Positions 20,832-30,969 are shown, counted from the first letter of the stretch. The stretch is 64,000 nt of DNA from Mycoplasmatota bacterium (GCA_023132365.1 JAGLYJ010000001.1:1063-65062), one strand, 5' to 3'. The notes: generated from the sequence alone by a model not told the origin. Translations and numbers: made by a program.

Positions 20832-21695
20832 CTATTCTTTAATATCTGGATGATTTTCACCTTTTGCCCAGATAAAACCATTATCATGCAACATTTCTAA
20901 AAATTCTGTATTGTCTCTTGCCATATAATTAGCAACATAGTGCAGTCCGAAATAACGCATTGGGATTGATACTTTATCGATAGTCTTTAGATATTCTTCA
21001 ACTTCTTTTTTCTTCTCTTCACCATCAACCTCTAATACCACTTGAAGTATTTGTTTAATTCTATCCTCGTTTAAATCAGTTTTTGGTTCTCCATATTTTT
21101 TCTTATACTCACTTTCAAGAAACTCTATTGAGTGATCTTGATATTCTTCATTATGAACTACAACATCTATAGATAATTTTTGAGCAATTTTTCTTTTTGA
21201 GGTTGGATACCCCATAGATAATAATACTACCGGGATTACACCTTTAGGTAATTTATATCTTTCTTGTATGTCTGGTATCATGTCTACTATGGTGCCAATA
21301 TATACAGACCCTATTCCGTAAGCATTGGCAGCTGTTTCGATTGTTTGAGCCATGATGATGACATCTTGAAACCCTACCCAGAAATGTCTGAAACTTTTAT
21401 CCATAACAAATGGAGCTTTATGATTAGCGCTCCATTTTTTTAATCTATGGAAATCTAAACAGAATAATAGATTTAGTGGAGCTTTTCCTACAAGAGCCTG
21501 CGTGTGGTGATCTACAAACCATTGACTATTTATTTTATTTTCAATCTTAATTATTGAAACAGGTTGTAAGTTTCCTGCGCTGGCTGATGCTAGCCCTGCT
21601 TTAAGAATTGAATCTAATATATCTTTTTCGATTGGTTTATCTTGGTAAACTCTAACACTGCTTCGGTTCATTAGGATATTAATTGTTTCATTCAT
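20832..21695 (-). CDS. Nitroreductase family protein (NfsA/Frp-like)
   Basis: RSSVRVY, ASAGNLQP, GIGSVYIG, LSMGYP. Confidence 0.88.
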   Translation of the reverse strand: MNETINILMNRSSVRVYQDKPIEKDILDSILKAGLASASAGNLQPVSIIKIENKINSQWFVDHHTQALVGKAPLNLLFCLDFHRLKKWSANHKAPFVMDKSFRHFWVGFQDVIIMAQTIETAANAYGIGSVYIGTIVDMIPDIQERYKLPKGVIPVVLLSMGYPTSKRKIAQKLSIDVVVHNEEYQDHSIEFLESEYKKKYGEPKTDLNEDRIKQILQVVLEVDGEEKKKEVEEYLKTIDKVSIPMRYFGLHYVANYMARDNTEFLEMLHDNGFIWAKGENHPDIKE

Positions 21696-21895
21696 AATAT
21701 TTCTCCTTATTAATATGATGCACTTATTATATATGATTTTTTAATAATTATAAAGACTCGTGTGATAATCATAATATTTTGAATGAACAATTAATAAGAA
21801 TGAATTTGAAATTATTGTAGAAAAAGATGGCGCAGGCGTATATATTAATGTGGTATAATGCTAAATATAAATATATACGAAAAGAGTAGATACAT

Positions 21896-22459
21896 ATGAA
21901 ACGTTGTAATTGGTCTAGTTTAGAAAAAAGCATTACATATCAAGAGTATCACGACAACGAGTGGGGAGTACCTTCTTATGAAGATAGCTACTTATTTGAA
22001 ATGTTTGTGTTAGAATCATTTCACTGCGGGTTGTCTTGGTTAATTATCTTAAATAAAAGAGCCGCATTTAGAGATGCTTTTGATAATTTCGATCCATATA
22101 TAATAAGAGAATATGGTGAAGGGAAAATTCTTAACTTGTTAAGTAATAAAGGTATTGTAAGGCACAAAGGCAAAATAAGAGCTACTATTCAAAACGCCAA
22201 GAGTTTTATAGAGGTGCAAGAAGAATTTGGCAGTTTTTGCATATATATTTGGTCATTTACGGACAATAAAATTATCTACAATAAAGACGATAAACTTACT
22301 ACTAAAAGTGAATTATCAGATAGAATATCTAAGGATTTAAAGAAACGTGGATTTAGATTTATGGGTAGTGTAACTGCTTATTCATATTTAGAGGCAATAG
22401 GTGTATTGAACAACCATAGTTTAGATTGTTTTAGAAGTGTTTATAATCAATCAGTATAA
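21896..22459 (+). CDS. tag: DNA-3-methyladenine glycosylase I
   Basis: RCNW, YHDNEWG, GLSW..IL.KR, LKKRGFRFMG, NNHSLDC. Confidence 0.95.
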   Translation: MKRCNWSSLEKSITYQEYHDNEWGVPSYEDSYLFEMFVLESFHCGLSWLIILNKRAAFRDAFDNFDPYIIREYGEGKILNLLSNKGIVRHKGKIRATIQNAKSFIEVQEEFGSFCIYIWSFTDNKIIYNKDDKLTTKSELSDRISKDLKKRGFRFMGSVTAYSYLEAIGVLNNHSLDCFRSVYNQSV

Positions 22460-22496
22460 AAAAAATGGTATAATTGAATATAAGAGAGGTGATTTT

Positions 22497-23000
22497 ATGA
22501 GTTATAATTACGTTGAGATGAATTACTCCGTTGGTAGCGAAGGTAGATTCAAAATCCCTGAAAACGTAAGATTTGATGACATAAATAAGGAATCTCAGAC
22601 AAATATCTATAATCTATTTATAGATTGCTTTAATCAAGGGGATGCGCAGTTTTATAAGAATCTGAAGCCCGACAATAGAAAACAGTTTTATCAAGATGAA
22701 TTAGGTTTTCCAAATGTTTTATCTCACAAGGGGTCACATTGCTTATACTTTAATGATGAGTTAATAGGATTTACCTATGTTGTGGAGTATGCAGAAAAGA
22801 ATGCACATATTAGCTGTATGTGTATAAAACCCAAATATCAAGGACAAGGATTTGGAAGATTGATGATGGAATATGTAGAAGACGTGGCTAGAAGAGACAA
22901 ACTTACATCAATGACTTTAGGAACTGAAGATACAATGAAAGCTTATCAGTTATATAAGAAATATGGCTTTAAGACTGTAACTAAACACAAAGTTGAGTAA
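22497..23000 (+). CDS. GNAT-family N-acetyltransferase
   Basis: CIKPKYQGQGFGRLMM, AYQLYKKYGF; ATG at 22497 after GAGGTG. Confidence 0.87.
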   Translation: MSYNYVEMNYSVGSEGRFKIPENVRFDDINKESQTNIYNLFIDCFNQGDAQFYKNLKPDNRKQFYQDELGFPNVLSHKGSHCLYFNDELIGFTYVVEYAEKNAHISCMCIKPKYQGQGFGRLMMEYVEDVARRDKLTSMTLGTEDTMKAYQLYKKYGFKTVTKHKVE

Positions 23001-23022
23001 TTGAATATAGGGATCTCAATGA

Positions 23023-23232
23023 AATAATATTTTACCTAAGGAAGAATTGAATTACCTAAATGATTTTTTGAAATTAAGAGAACTAACTTTATATACTGTG
23101 ATTAAAGCTGGTGGTCCAGAGATATACAATAGCAAATGGGGAAGTCATTTTATAAAAATTTACAAAGACAAGATAATTAATGATGTGCCATTCATAGATT
23201 TAGAATATGTATTAACTAATCTTGAATATTAA
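23023..23232 (+). pseudogene. Probable C-terminal remnant of an APH/RdoA-like phosphotransferase
   Basis: Frame without an RBS-backed start, NNILPKEELNYLNDFLKLRELTLY...IINDVPFIDL, resembling the C-terminus of that family as recalled from memory; in-frame TGA at 23020. Confidence 0.45.
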
Positions 23233-23246
23233 AATTAATAAAGAAT

Positions 23247-23278
23247 AGAAATCACCTCTGATTTGAGGTGATTTCTTT
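23247..23278 (+). terminator. Strong hairpin terminator
   Basis: AGAAATCACCTC-tgattt-GAGGTGATTTCT. Confidence 0.75.
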
Positions 23279-23300
23279 ATGTTATCTTTATGTTATCTTT
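23274..23300 (+). repeat. 11-bp tandem direct repeat (TCTTTATGTTA x2.5) upstream of a TATAAT box
   Basis: TCTTTATGTTA TCTTTATGTTA TCTTT read directly; TATAAT at 23314-23319. Confidence 0.7.
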
Positions 23301-23389
23301 GTTTTGTTTCGTTTATAATACTTTTAGAAAGAGGAGGAATCCTCTTTTTTATTTTGCCAAAAAAAAAGCAGTTTTTAAACTGCTCCAAA

Positions 23390-24280
23390 TTATTTATTTA
23401 AATATCTTTCATTTCCAATATAGAATATTGCTAAAGTATTAACTCCTGCATGAGCTCCAATAACAGGACCGATGGTATTGATGGTAATAATATCTTCAGC
23501 TATATTTAGTTTTTCAATAATATGTTTCTTAACATATTCAGCGTCTTCTAAACAATCTCCATGAGAAATATAGATCATTTCATTTTTATTTGGATCATAT
23601 GTTTTTACCATACGATTTACTAAATTGTTCAGAGATTTAAATCTACCTCTAGCTTTACCATAAACTTTGAGTTGTCCTTCTTTAGAAACATGAAGAAGTG
23701 GTTTAATACTTAATAAATTACCTAAAATCAAACTTGAAGCCGATAATCTTCCACCTCTATGAAGGTGTCCTAAATCACTGACAGTGAACAAGTGACTAAT
23801 ATTTAATTTTGTGTTTTCTACAAATTTGGCTACTTCAGCAATAGTTTTTCCAGCAATTTGCAACTTGGCTGCGTAACTAACTAATAAGCCTTGACCCATA
23901 GAAGCACACAATGAATCTATAGCTATAATTTTGCGTTCTGGGAAACTTTCTTTTAATTCTTTAATTGCTATCAAACTTGAATTATAAGTGCCAGACAATG
24001 CACTAGAGAACGATATCGATAGAATATCTTTCCCTCGTTCGAGTATTTCTGTCATAGTTGTAATAAATTCAGCAGGATTAGCTTGAGCAGTAACTGCTAA
24101 TTCTTTTTCTCTTAAGAAATTATAGAATACTTTTGAAGATATTTCTCTTTCATCCAAGAAATTACTATATTCTTTGTGTTTTACTGTAACTTTTAAAGGT
24201 AAAACTTGTAATTTATATTCCTTAGCCAAAGAGTCAGGTATATCAATGCATGAATCAGTAAAGATAACAAAATTTTCCAT
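23390..24280 (-). CDS. DegV/FakB fatty-acid-binding protein
   Basis: FTDSCID, SSALSGTYNS, DSLCASMGQG, GGRLS, IKPLL, GPVIGAHAG. Confidence 0.93.
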   Translation of the reverse strand: MENFVIFTDSCIDIPDSLAKEYKLQVLPLKVTVKHKEYSNFLDEREISSKVFYNFLREKELAVTAQANPAEFITTMTEILERGKDILSISFSSALSGTYNSSLIAIKELKESFPERKIIAIDSLCASMGQGLLVSYAAKLQIAGKTIAEVAKFVENTKLNISHLFTVSDLGHLHRGGRLSASSLILGNLLSIKPLLHVSKEGQLKVYGKARGRFKSLNNLVNRMVKTYDPNKNEMIYISHGDCLEDAEYVKKHIIEKLNIAEDIITINTIGPVIGAHAGVNTLAIFYIGNERYLNK

Positions 24281-24426
24281 AAAAATATTAATCCTCCTAT
24301 ATATATTTACTATATCTTACATATCACTGTATCAAAAAGATATTATTGTGTCAATAGATTGAAAAAAAATATATATGTTGTTTGGCGAAACTAACATATT
24401 TTAGTATAATGTTAGTAGGTGAGAAA

Positions 24427-25638
24427 ATGAAAATAAAAAGCAAGAAAATTATAGACGATATCTATTGGGTTGGAGTAGTAGATTACGAATTGAAAGTTTT
24501 TGATATTATTATGGAAACTGAATTTGGATCTACTTATAACAGTTATATTGTGAAGGGCAAAGATAAAGTAGCTCTAATTGATACTGCAAAAGCTAAATTT
24601 AGCGACATATATTTAGATAGAGTAAAAGAAGTAGTCGATATTAAAGATATCGACTACTTAATATTGAATCATACAGAACCTGATCATTCTGGATCAGTTA
24701 AATATATTTTGGATGAAAATCCAGAAATAGAAATATTCGCTACAGCCGCTGCACTAATGAATCTAAAAGAAATAGTTAATATGCCTTTCAAAGGTAATAG
24801 AGTAACAAAAGGAATGACTCTATCACTTGGAGATAAAACACTTGAGTTTTTTATTCAACCACACTTGCATTGGCCAGACACAATGTTTACTTATGTTAAA
24901 GAAGATAATTTCTTATTTACATGTGATTTTTTTGGCGCACATTATGCAACTCCTAAAATAGTTACGAATCAACTTGAAAGAAAAGATGAATACTTGCGAG
25001 CAATCAAAGAGTATTTTGAAGCAATAATGCATCCATTTATTCCATATGTAAGAAATGGTTTGAATACAGTTAAGTTACTTAACCCAGATTATATAGCTGT
25101 GTCCCATGGAGCAGTTATAGATGAAACAATGAAAAATAATATTATAGAAATCTATGAAAAGTTGAGTATTCCTTTAGAAAAACCTGATAAGCCACTTGTC
25201 TTAATCCCTTATGCTAGTGCATATGGGTATACTGAAAAAATGGCTATGGTAATCAAAGAAACACTTATGTCAGAAATGAATGGGAATGTTATAGTAAAAA
25301 CATATGACTTAATTGATGCAGATTTAAATGAAATAACTAAACAGGTAACTATCTGTAGCATGTTTTTGGTAGGTTCATCTACTATAGTTAGAGATACTGT
25401 AAAAGTAATTTGGGATTTATTAGCTGGTATTGACTTCGAGATGACAAAAGGTAGTGTTGCATCTGCATTTGGATCATATGGTTGGAGCGGAGAAGCAGTA
25501 GATAATATTATTGAAAGAGAAAAACAACTTAAGTTTAAAACTGTTGATGGACTTAAAATCAAGTTTAATCCATCAGAAACACAAATCGAAGAAGTAAAAG
25601 AATATGCTAAAAAACTTGCAGAAAAACTAAAAAAATAA
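24427..25638 (+). CDS. fprA: Flavodiiron protein (FprA-type O2/NO reductase)
   Basis: GSTYNSY, NHTEPDHSG, HWPD, CDFFGAH, flavodoxin domain with AFGSYGWSGEA. Confidence 0.92.
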   Translation: MKIKSKKIIDDIYWVGVVDYELKVFDIIMETEFGSTYNSYIVKGKDKVALIDTAKAKFSDIYLDRVKEVVDIKDIDYLILNHTEPDHSGSVKYILDENPEIEIFATAAALMNLKEIVNMPFKGNRVTKGMTLSLGDKTLEFFIQPHLHWPDTMFTYVKEDNFLFTCDFFGAHYATPKIVTNQLERKDEYLRAIKEYFEAIMHPFIPYVRNGLNTVKLLNPDYIAVSHGAVIDETMKNNIIEIYEKLSIPLEKPDKPLVLIPYASAYGYTEKMAMVIKETLMSEMNGNVIVKTYDLIDADLNEITKQVTICSMFLVGSSTIVRDTVKVIWDLLAGIDFEMTKGSVASAFGSYGWSGEAVDNIIEREKQLKFKTVDGLKIKFNPSETQIEEVKEYAKKLAEKLKK

Positions 25639-25650
25639 AGGATAGTTTTT

Positions 25651-26229
25651 TTAACTATCCTTTTCTATTTCTCCAAATTCTAAAGCACTTATATCATTAA
25701 TTGTTTCTTCCATTTTATCAACAAAAAGAATACCTAATAAATGGTCATACTCGTGCTGAAATACAATTCCAGGGAATCCACTAAGCTTAATAATCCCTTC
25801 AGTTATTTCTTTGGTTTCTAAATCAACGATATTCACTTTAGCTTTAATTCTTTTAGCTCTCTTAACTAAACCAGTAATTTCCTCATCGACAGATAAACAG
25901 CCTTCACCACCGCTCAAATATGTTTTTTCTTCAGAATAAGATATTATTTTTGGGTTTACCACAGCAAATTGAAATAGCTGACCTGTTTTTTCATCTGGCG
26001 CAACGATACAAAACATTTTTTTTGAAATGTTTATCTGAGGGGCAGCCAAACCTACTGAAGGTCTTAACATATATTTTTCCGCTAATTCATCATTTTGAGA
26101 ATTAACTACAAGTTCCATCATTGATTTTAAGGTATTAAAATCCTCATTTGATAAAGGCAATTCAACCTCTTTAGCTCTTTTTCGTAAAGTGGGATGCCCA
26201 TCTTGGATTACATCTTTCATTAACAACAT
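25651..26229 (-). CDS. def: Peptide deformylase
   Basis: VGLAAPQ, EGCLSV, QHEYDHLLG; likely start MLLMKD at 26229. Confidence 0.96.
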   Translation of the reverse strand: MLLMKDVIQDGHPTLRKRAKEVELPLSNEDFNTLKSMMELVVNSQNDELAEKYMLRPSVGLAAPQINISKKMFCIVAPDEKTGQLFQFAVVNPKIISYSEEKTYLSGGEGCLSVDEEITGLVKRAKRIKAKVNIVDLETKEITEGIIKLSGFPGIVFQHEYDHLLGILFVDKMEETINDISALEFGEIEKDS

Positions 26230-26337
26230 ATTTATCACCAAATACATTATAACAAATAAAGATATAAAATTAAAGATTTTTAACTTACTCATATTAATAT
26301 TTTGTGGTATAATTTTTATAGAAATGTTGGTGATATC

Positions 26338-26562
26338 ATGATTGATAGAAAAGGGATTATTATATATTTTTTAAACCCCAAAGTTATCAAAGTTGTTAAT
26401 AAATTAAAGGTTAATGTTACCTATGTTAACAAAGCTGGCAAGTATTTGACAGGTTATTGTGATGCAAAGGATTTTCCTAATATAAAGAAAGAATTAAAGA
26501 AACATCGTTTAATTAGGAAGGTCGATGAATCGTTAGTCGAAATGCCAAGTATAGAAATATAA
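26338..26562 (+). CDS. YlbG/DUF2129-like small protein
   Basis: DRKGIIIY...YVNK...Y pattern; divergent from def; ATG at 26338 after GGTGA. Confidence 0.65.
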   Translation: MIDRKGIIIYFLNPKVIKVVNKLKVNVTYVNKAGKYLTGYCDAKDFPNIKKELKKHRLIRKVDESLVEMPSIEI

Positions 26563-26590
26563 ACATTTTGCATCTGTCAACGAAAAATAC

Positions 26591-26619
26591 TTGACAGATG
26601 CATATTTATTTGTTAGAAT
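26591..26619 (+). promoter_or_regulatory. rpsP promoter
   Basis: TTGACA-17nt-TAGAAT with a TG extension; the -35 lies inside a 12-bp inverted repeat. Confidence 0.75.
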
Positions 26620-26651
26620 ATATTGGACTTAAATTTAGGAGGAATATTAAA

Positions 26652-26921
26652 ATGGTAAAACTTAGATTACAAAGATTCGGTAGTAAGAAAAAACCTTTCT
26701 ACAGAGTAGTAGCTGCTGACTCTAAAAAACCTAGAGATGGTAGATATTTGGAAATAGTTGGTTTATATGATCCAACAAAAGAACCAGCATTTGTAAACCT
26801 TGACCAAGAAAAAATATTAAAATGGTTAAGAACGGGTGCTCAACCTACAGATACTGTAAAAAGTTTATTGTCAAAAGCAGGAATAATTCGCCAATTTGTT
26901 GCTGAAAAAAGCAATAAATAA
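26652..26921 (+). CDS. rpsP: 30S ribosomal protein S16
   Basis: [29 protein letters not shown]...GAQPTDTV; AGGAGG RBS. Confidence 0.98.
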   Translation: MVKLRLQRFGSKKKPFYRVVAADSKKPRDGRYLEIVGLYDPTKEPAFVNLDQEKILKWLRTGAQPTDTVKSLLSKAGIIRQFVAEKSNK

Positions 26922-26933
26922 GGAGTGTAAAAA

Positions 26934-27182
26934 ATGGCTGTTGATTTTGAAAAACTAGTTTTAGATTTGGTAACGCCATTAGTTATACATCCAGAAGATT
27001 TATTGGTGAAGAAATTTTCTGAAGACGAAACATCTATTACAATTCAAGTGCTTGTAAATCAAGAGGATTTAGGAAGAGTAATTGGTAGAGGTGGTAGAAT
27101 TGCTAATGCGATTAGAACTATAGCCTATGCTGCTGCATCTAGATTAGGAAAGAAAGTTAGCATCGATATCGATTCATTTTAA
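26934..27182 (+). CDS. khpA: KH-domain RNA-binding protein KhpA
   Basis: DLGRVIGRGGRIANAIRT; directly follows rpsP. Confidence 0.93.
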   Translation: MAVDFEKLVLDLVTPLVIHPEDLLVKKFSEDETSITIQVLVNQEDLGRVIGRGGRIANAIRTIAYAAASRLGKKVSIDIDSF

Positions 27183-27605
27183 ATGAAGGATATTATTGGA
27201 GTTAGCGCTTGTTTGTTAGGGATTAATTGTAAATATAATGGTTCTCACAATCTAAATCAAGAAGTTATTGATTATATTAGAGGAAAAGAAGTTGTATTGA
27301 TTTGTCCAGAAGTATTTGGGGGTTTAGAAACACCTAGAATACCTTGTGAAATTCAAAATGATGGCTCTATTATTAATAAAAATGGTTTAGTCGTTACTGA
27401 TAATTTTGAAAAAGGCAAAGAAATAACTTTAGAGCTACTAAAACTTAACGGTTGTAAAAAAGTTATACTTAAGGATGGTTCACCTTCATGTGGGTATCTA
27501 ACAATATATGATGGAACTTTTTCTAACAAGAGAATCAAAGGACTTGGCGTAACCGCCAAATGTTTAATTAAAAATAATATCGATATTATTGATTTAAAGA
27601 CTTAA
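27183..27605 (+). CDS. DUF523 / TudS-like thiouracil desulfidase family protein
   Basis: VSACLLG..CKYNG, CPEVFGGL..PR, LKDGSPSCG, G.GVTA. Confidence 0.9.
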   Translation: MKDIIGVSACLLGINCKYNGSHNLNQEVIDYIRGKEVVLICPEVFGGLETPRIPCEIQNDGSIINKNGLVVTDNFEKGKEITLELLKLNGCKKVILKDGSPSCGYLTIYDGTFSNKRIKGLGVTAKCLIKNNIDIIDLKT

Positions 27606-27676
27606 AAATCAACTTATTGTTGATTTTTTCTTTTTGAGTGGTATTATTGGGTTAAGAAATGAATTGAGGACAAAAT

Positions 27677-29287
27677 ATGAAAATAAAAGTAGAAATAGAA
27701 AATGCAATAAAAGAGATGGGGTTTGTTGATTTAACAGATATCCAAAAGCAAACAATTCCTTTATTGTTACAAGGTAAAGATGTAATAGGAAATTCACATA
27801 CAGGGACAGGTAAAACTGCCGCATTTGGTATACCTATTTTGGAAATGATTGATTTTGATGACCCAAGTATACAAGCCATGATTATTACCCCTACCAGAGA
27901 ACTCGCTGTTCAAATTAAGGGTGAACTAGAAAGAATCTCAAAATACATTGATAGATGTCGTATTGTTGACGTTTATGGTGGAGAACCAATTCAAAGACAA
28001 ATTGGAGCTCTAAAGAGAAAACCACAAATAGTTGTTGGTACACCAGGAAGAATAATTGATCATATAAGAAGAAAAACTATTAAGATAGATAACTTAAAGT
28101 ACTTTATTTTAGATGAAGCTGATGAAATGTTGAAAATGGGATTCATAGATGATATCGAATTAATTTTCAACAAAACACCAGAAAACAAACAAACATTAAT
28201 GTTCTCTGCAACAATGCCTAAGGCAATTGTTGCCTTAGCTAAAAACTATATGGTTGAACCTGAAGTAATCACTTCAGTAGGTAGTAACAAAACAAATTCT
28301 GATGTAGTTCAATACTATTACAAGGTTAATAGAGAAAATAAGACAGAAGCTTTATATAGATTATTGAATATATATAGACCAAATTTAGCTCTTATTTTTT
28401 GTAATACAAAAGCAAAAGTTGATGAACTAACAAAAGAATTAATTGATCGTAAAATAAACTGTGATAAAATTCATGGTGATTTACCACAGACAACTAGATT
28501 AGATGTTTTAAAGAAATTCCATAATGGAGTTATTGATATTTTAGTTGCTACAGATGTGGCAGCTAGAGGATTAGATATTAAAAATGTTGAAGCAGTTGTC
28601 AATTATGATACACCTGAGAAAGCAGACTATTATATTCATAGAGTTGGTAGAACTGGACGAATTGGAAGATTAGGATATTCATTTACATTGGTTTCTAAAG
28701 GTGAATTGAGAAGAATTAAAGATATTGAAAGAATTACAGGTACAACAATAAAAAGAAGAAACATACCTACTTATGAAAAAGTAATGGATGTTAAATCAGA
28801 TAAGTTTGTTGAAGAAATTAAATCAATTGTTGAAAATGAAAATTTAGAGAAACAATATATAACACTCAATAAATTAATTCAAGCACAAATGTCTGAGGAT
28901 GAAATTATTGTTGCTTTATTGAAAAAACTTAAGACTGAACATGATAGTTCTAAAACAAAAGCAGATATTAATGAAACATTTGAAAATAGAGGAAGAAGTA
29001 ACAGTGGTAGTAGTTATGGCAGGAATAAAAGTAGAGCCGACAGTGATGGAACAAGATTCCATATTAATATAGGAAAAAAACACGGACTTGGTGTATCTGA
29101 TATATTAGATTTCATTCGTTCAAAAGTTAAAATGAACGCTAGAGAAATTCAAGATATAGCAATTTTAACAGAGTTTTCATTCTTTACAGTTCCTAATAAA
29201 TATGGACCATCAATTTTGAGCTCATGTAACCATAAAAAACTTAAAGGGAAACCAGCAAGAATTCAGGTTTCAAAAAAACGTAGATAA
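27677..29287 (+). CDS. DEAD-box RNA helicase (DeaD/CshA-like, DbpA-type RNA-binding C-domain)
   Basis: TGTGKT, PTRELA, LDEADEM, FSAT, ATDVAARGLD, HRVGRTGR. Confidence 0.95.
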   Translation: MKIKVEIENAIKEMGFVDLTDIQKQTIPLLLQGKDVIGNSHTGTGKTAAFGIPILEMIDFDDPSIQAMIITPTRELAVQIKGELERISKYIDRCRIVDVYGGEPIQRQIGALKRKPQIVVGTPGRIIDHIRRKTIKIDNLKYFILDEADEMLKMGFIDDIELIFNKTPENKQTLMFSATMPKAIVALAKNYMVEPEVITSVGSNKTNSDVVQYYYKVNRENKTEALYRLLNIYRPNLALIFCNTKAKVDELTKELIDRKINCDKIHGDLPQTTRLDVLKKFHNGVIDILVATDVAARGLDIKNVEAVVNYDTPEKADYYIHRVGRTGRIGRLGYSFTLVSKGELRRIKDIERITGTTIKRRNIPTYEKVMDVKSDKFVEEIKSIVENENLEKQYITLNKLIQAQMSEDEIIVALLKKLKTEHDSSKTKADINETFENRGRSNSGSSYGRNKSRADSDGTRFHINIGKKHGLGVSDILDFIRSKVKMNAREIQDIAILTEFSFFTVPNKYGPSILSSCNHKKLKGKPARIQVSKKRR

Positions 29288-29354
29288 ACGCTAGACTTAT
29301 TGACAAACATATATATAAATAGTTATAATTGAATATATATAATAGGGGGCAACT

Positions 29355-30212
29355 ATGAAGAAATTAGGAGTGATGGTTTGTACAAATGCATCAATAGATT
29401 ATATCAAACATGATTATCAAGTTGGCATTATTAGATCAACTGTATTGATGGGTGGAAAAGAATATATTGATTATGAAGAATTACCAGCTGAAAAGTTTTA
29501 TCAAATGTTGGAAGAAGATTCTAGTTTATTACCTAGAACATCAATGGCTTCAACTGGAACTATGTTGGAATATTATGAAAAATTGAAAGATGAAGGTTGT
29601 GACACAATTATCTTTGTAACTATTTCATCTAAAATGAGTGGTACATATGAAAACGCACTTTTAGCTGCCAAAATGATAGAAGGCGTAGATATAAGAGTTT
29701 TTGATTCTAAATCAGTAGGTTATGTAGAATGCAAAATGGTATTTGCTGCCTGGGAAGGTTTCAATGCAGGAAAAACTATTGATGAAATAATAACGGATTT
29801 AGAATATATTAGAGATAATCATAAGATGTATTTTGCGGTTAAAGATTTAAAGTTCTTAATAAAAAATGGTCGTTTATCTAATGCTGCTGGATTTATAGCT
29901 AACGCATTAAAAATTAAGCCTTTGCTAGAGATTAACAAAGAAGGTGCTGTTGTAAGTATTGAAAAAATACGGACCTTTAAAAAAGCAGTTGACAGAGTTA
30001 TTCAAAAATATTTAGATGAAACCGAAGGAAAAGATGTTGAAACATTTATTATTCATGCTGCAAATCCTGAAACTGCTGAATATATGAAGACTAAAGTAAA
30101 AGAACAAAGACCAGATATTAAAGAAATTAAGGATTATTTATTAACTCCTGCCGTAGGAGCTCATGGTGGACCAGGAGCTATTACACTTGGTTATATATTA
30201 AATAAAAAATAG
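29355..30212 (+). CDS. DegV/FakB fatty-acid-binding protein
   Basis: PRTS, ISSKMSGTY, NGRLS, IKPLL, PAVGAHGGPG. Confidence 0.93.
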   Translation: MKKLGVMVCTNASIDYIKHDYQVGIIRSTVLMGGKEYIDYEELPAEKFYQMLEEDSSLLPRTSMASTGTMLEYYEKLKDEGCDTIIFVTISSKMSGTYENALLAAKMIEGVDIRVFDSKSVGYVECKMVFAAWEGFNAGKTIDEIITDLEYIRDNHKMYFAVKDLKFLIKNGRLSNAAGFIANALKIKPLLEINKEGAVVSIEKIRTFKKAVDRVIQKYLDETEGKDVETFIIHAANPETAEYMKTKVKEQRPDIKEIKDYLLTPAVGAHGGPGAITLGYILNKK

Positions 30213-30226
30213 AAATAGGTGTTTAT

Positions 30227-30559
30227 ATGATTAATAGTGACATTATTAGAGGGAATATTGATACAATTATATTAAAACTTTTGCAAGAAAAAGATATGTA
30301 TGGGTATGAAATCGTTAATGAAATAAAAATCAGAACAAATGATTTATTTAGCATAAAAGAAGCTACACTATATTCCGTTGTTCAAAGACTTGAAAAACGA
30401 GAATTAATCTCCTCTTACCTTGGTGAAAAATCACATGGTAGAAAAAGAAGATATTATAAACCTACACCATTTGGTAAAGCCTACTATAAGGAACTTATTA
30501 GTGAATGGGAAAATCTAAATAAAATTATGAGACAAATTCTAGGGGGAGATATTTCATGA
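30227..30559 (+). CDS. PadR-family transcriptional regulator
   Basis: RGNIDTIIL, MYGYEI, EATLY, RRYY. Confidence 0.93.
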   Translation: MINSDIIRGNIDTIILKLLQEKDMYGYEIVNEIKIRTNDLFSIKEATLYSVVQRLEKRELISSYLGEKSHGRKRRYYKPTPFGKAYYKELISEWENLNKIMRQILGGDIS

Positions 30560-30969
30560 ATAATATAAAAAAATTTGTGAGCAAATTATTAAAAGACTTT
30601 TTTAATGAACAAGATAAAAAAGAACTAATTGAAATATTAACAACTAGCTTAGAAGAAAAAGTAGATGATCTTATTGAACAAGGAGCTTCAAGAGAAGATG
30701 CTATTGAAAAGACAATTAATGAGTTCGGAGATACTAGCGATGTTTTAGATGCTTTTCCAGATTGCGAAAACAGAAACATAAACCTTGTTAAAAAACGCAA
30801 AAATCAATTGATATTTTCAACGTTTGCATACTTAATAGTAACTGGATTGGCAACGTACGTAAATCTAGAGTGGCTCATAATAAGTACAAATTGGTTTGTG
30901 TTTGTTGCAATAGGATTATTATTCTGGCCATTAGTGATGCTTTATCAGTATTTAAGCGCGAGGAAATAA
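30556..30969 (+). CDS. PadR-associated membrane protein (permease-prefix/HAAS-like domain + 2 TM)
   Basis: LEEKVDDLIEQGASREDAIEKTINEFGD followed by hydrophobic helices. Confidence 0.75.
   Translation: MNNIKKFVSKLLKDFFNEQDKKELIEILTTSLEEKVDDLIEQGASREDAIEKTINEFGDTSDVLDAFPDCENRNINLVKKRKNQLIFSTFAYLIVTGLATYVNLEWLIISTNWFVFVAIGLLFWPLVMLYQYLSARK

Noticed and set aside
21696-21895. Small ORF or RNA between the divergent nitroreductase and tag genes
   Set aside because: Only short frames without RBS and no stable structure; divergent promoters explain the region.
19244-23390. tRNA-anchored genomic island or prophage
   Set aside because: No integrase, no duplicated tRNA 3' end seen, and the housekeeping gene rplY lies inside the region.
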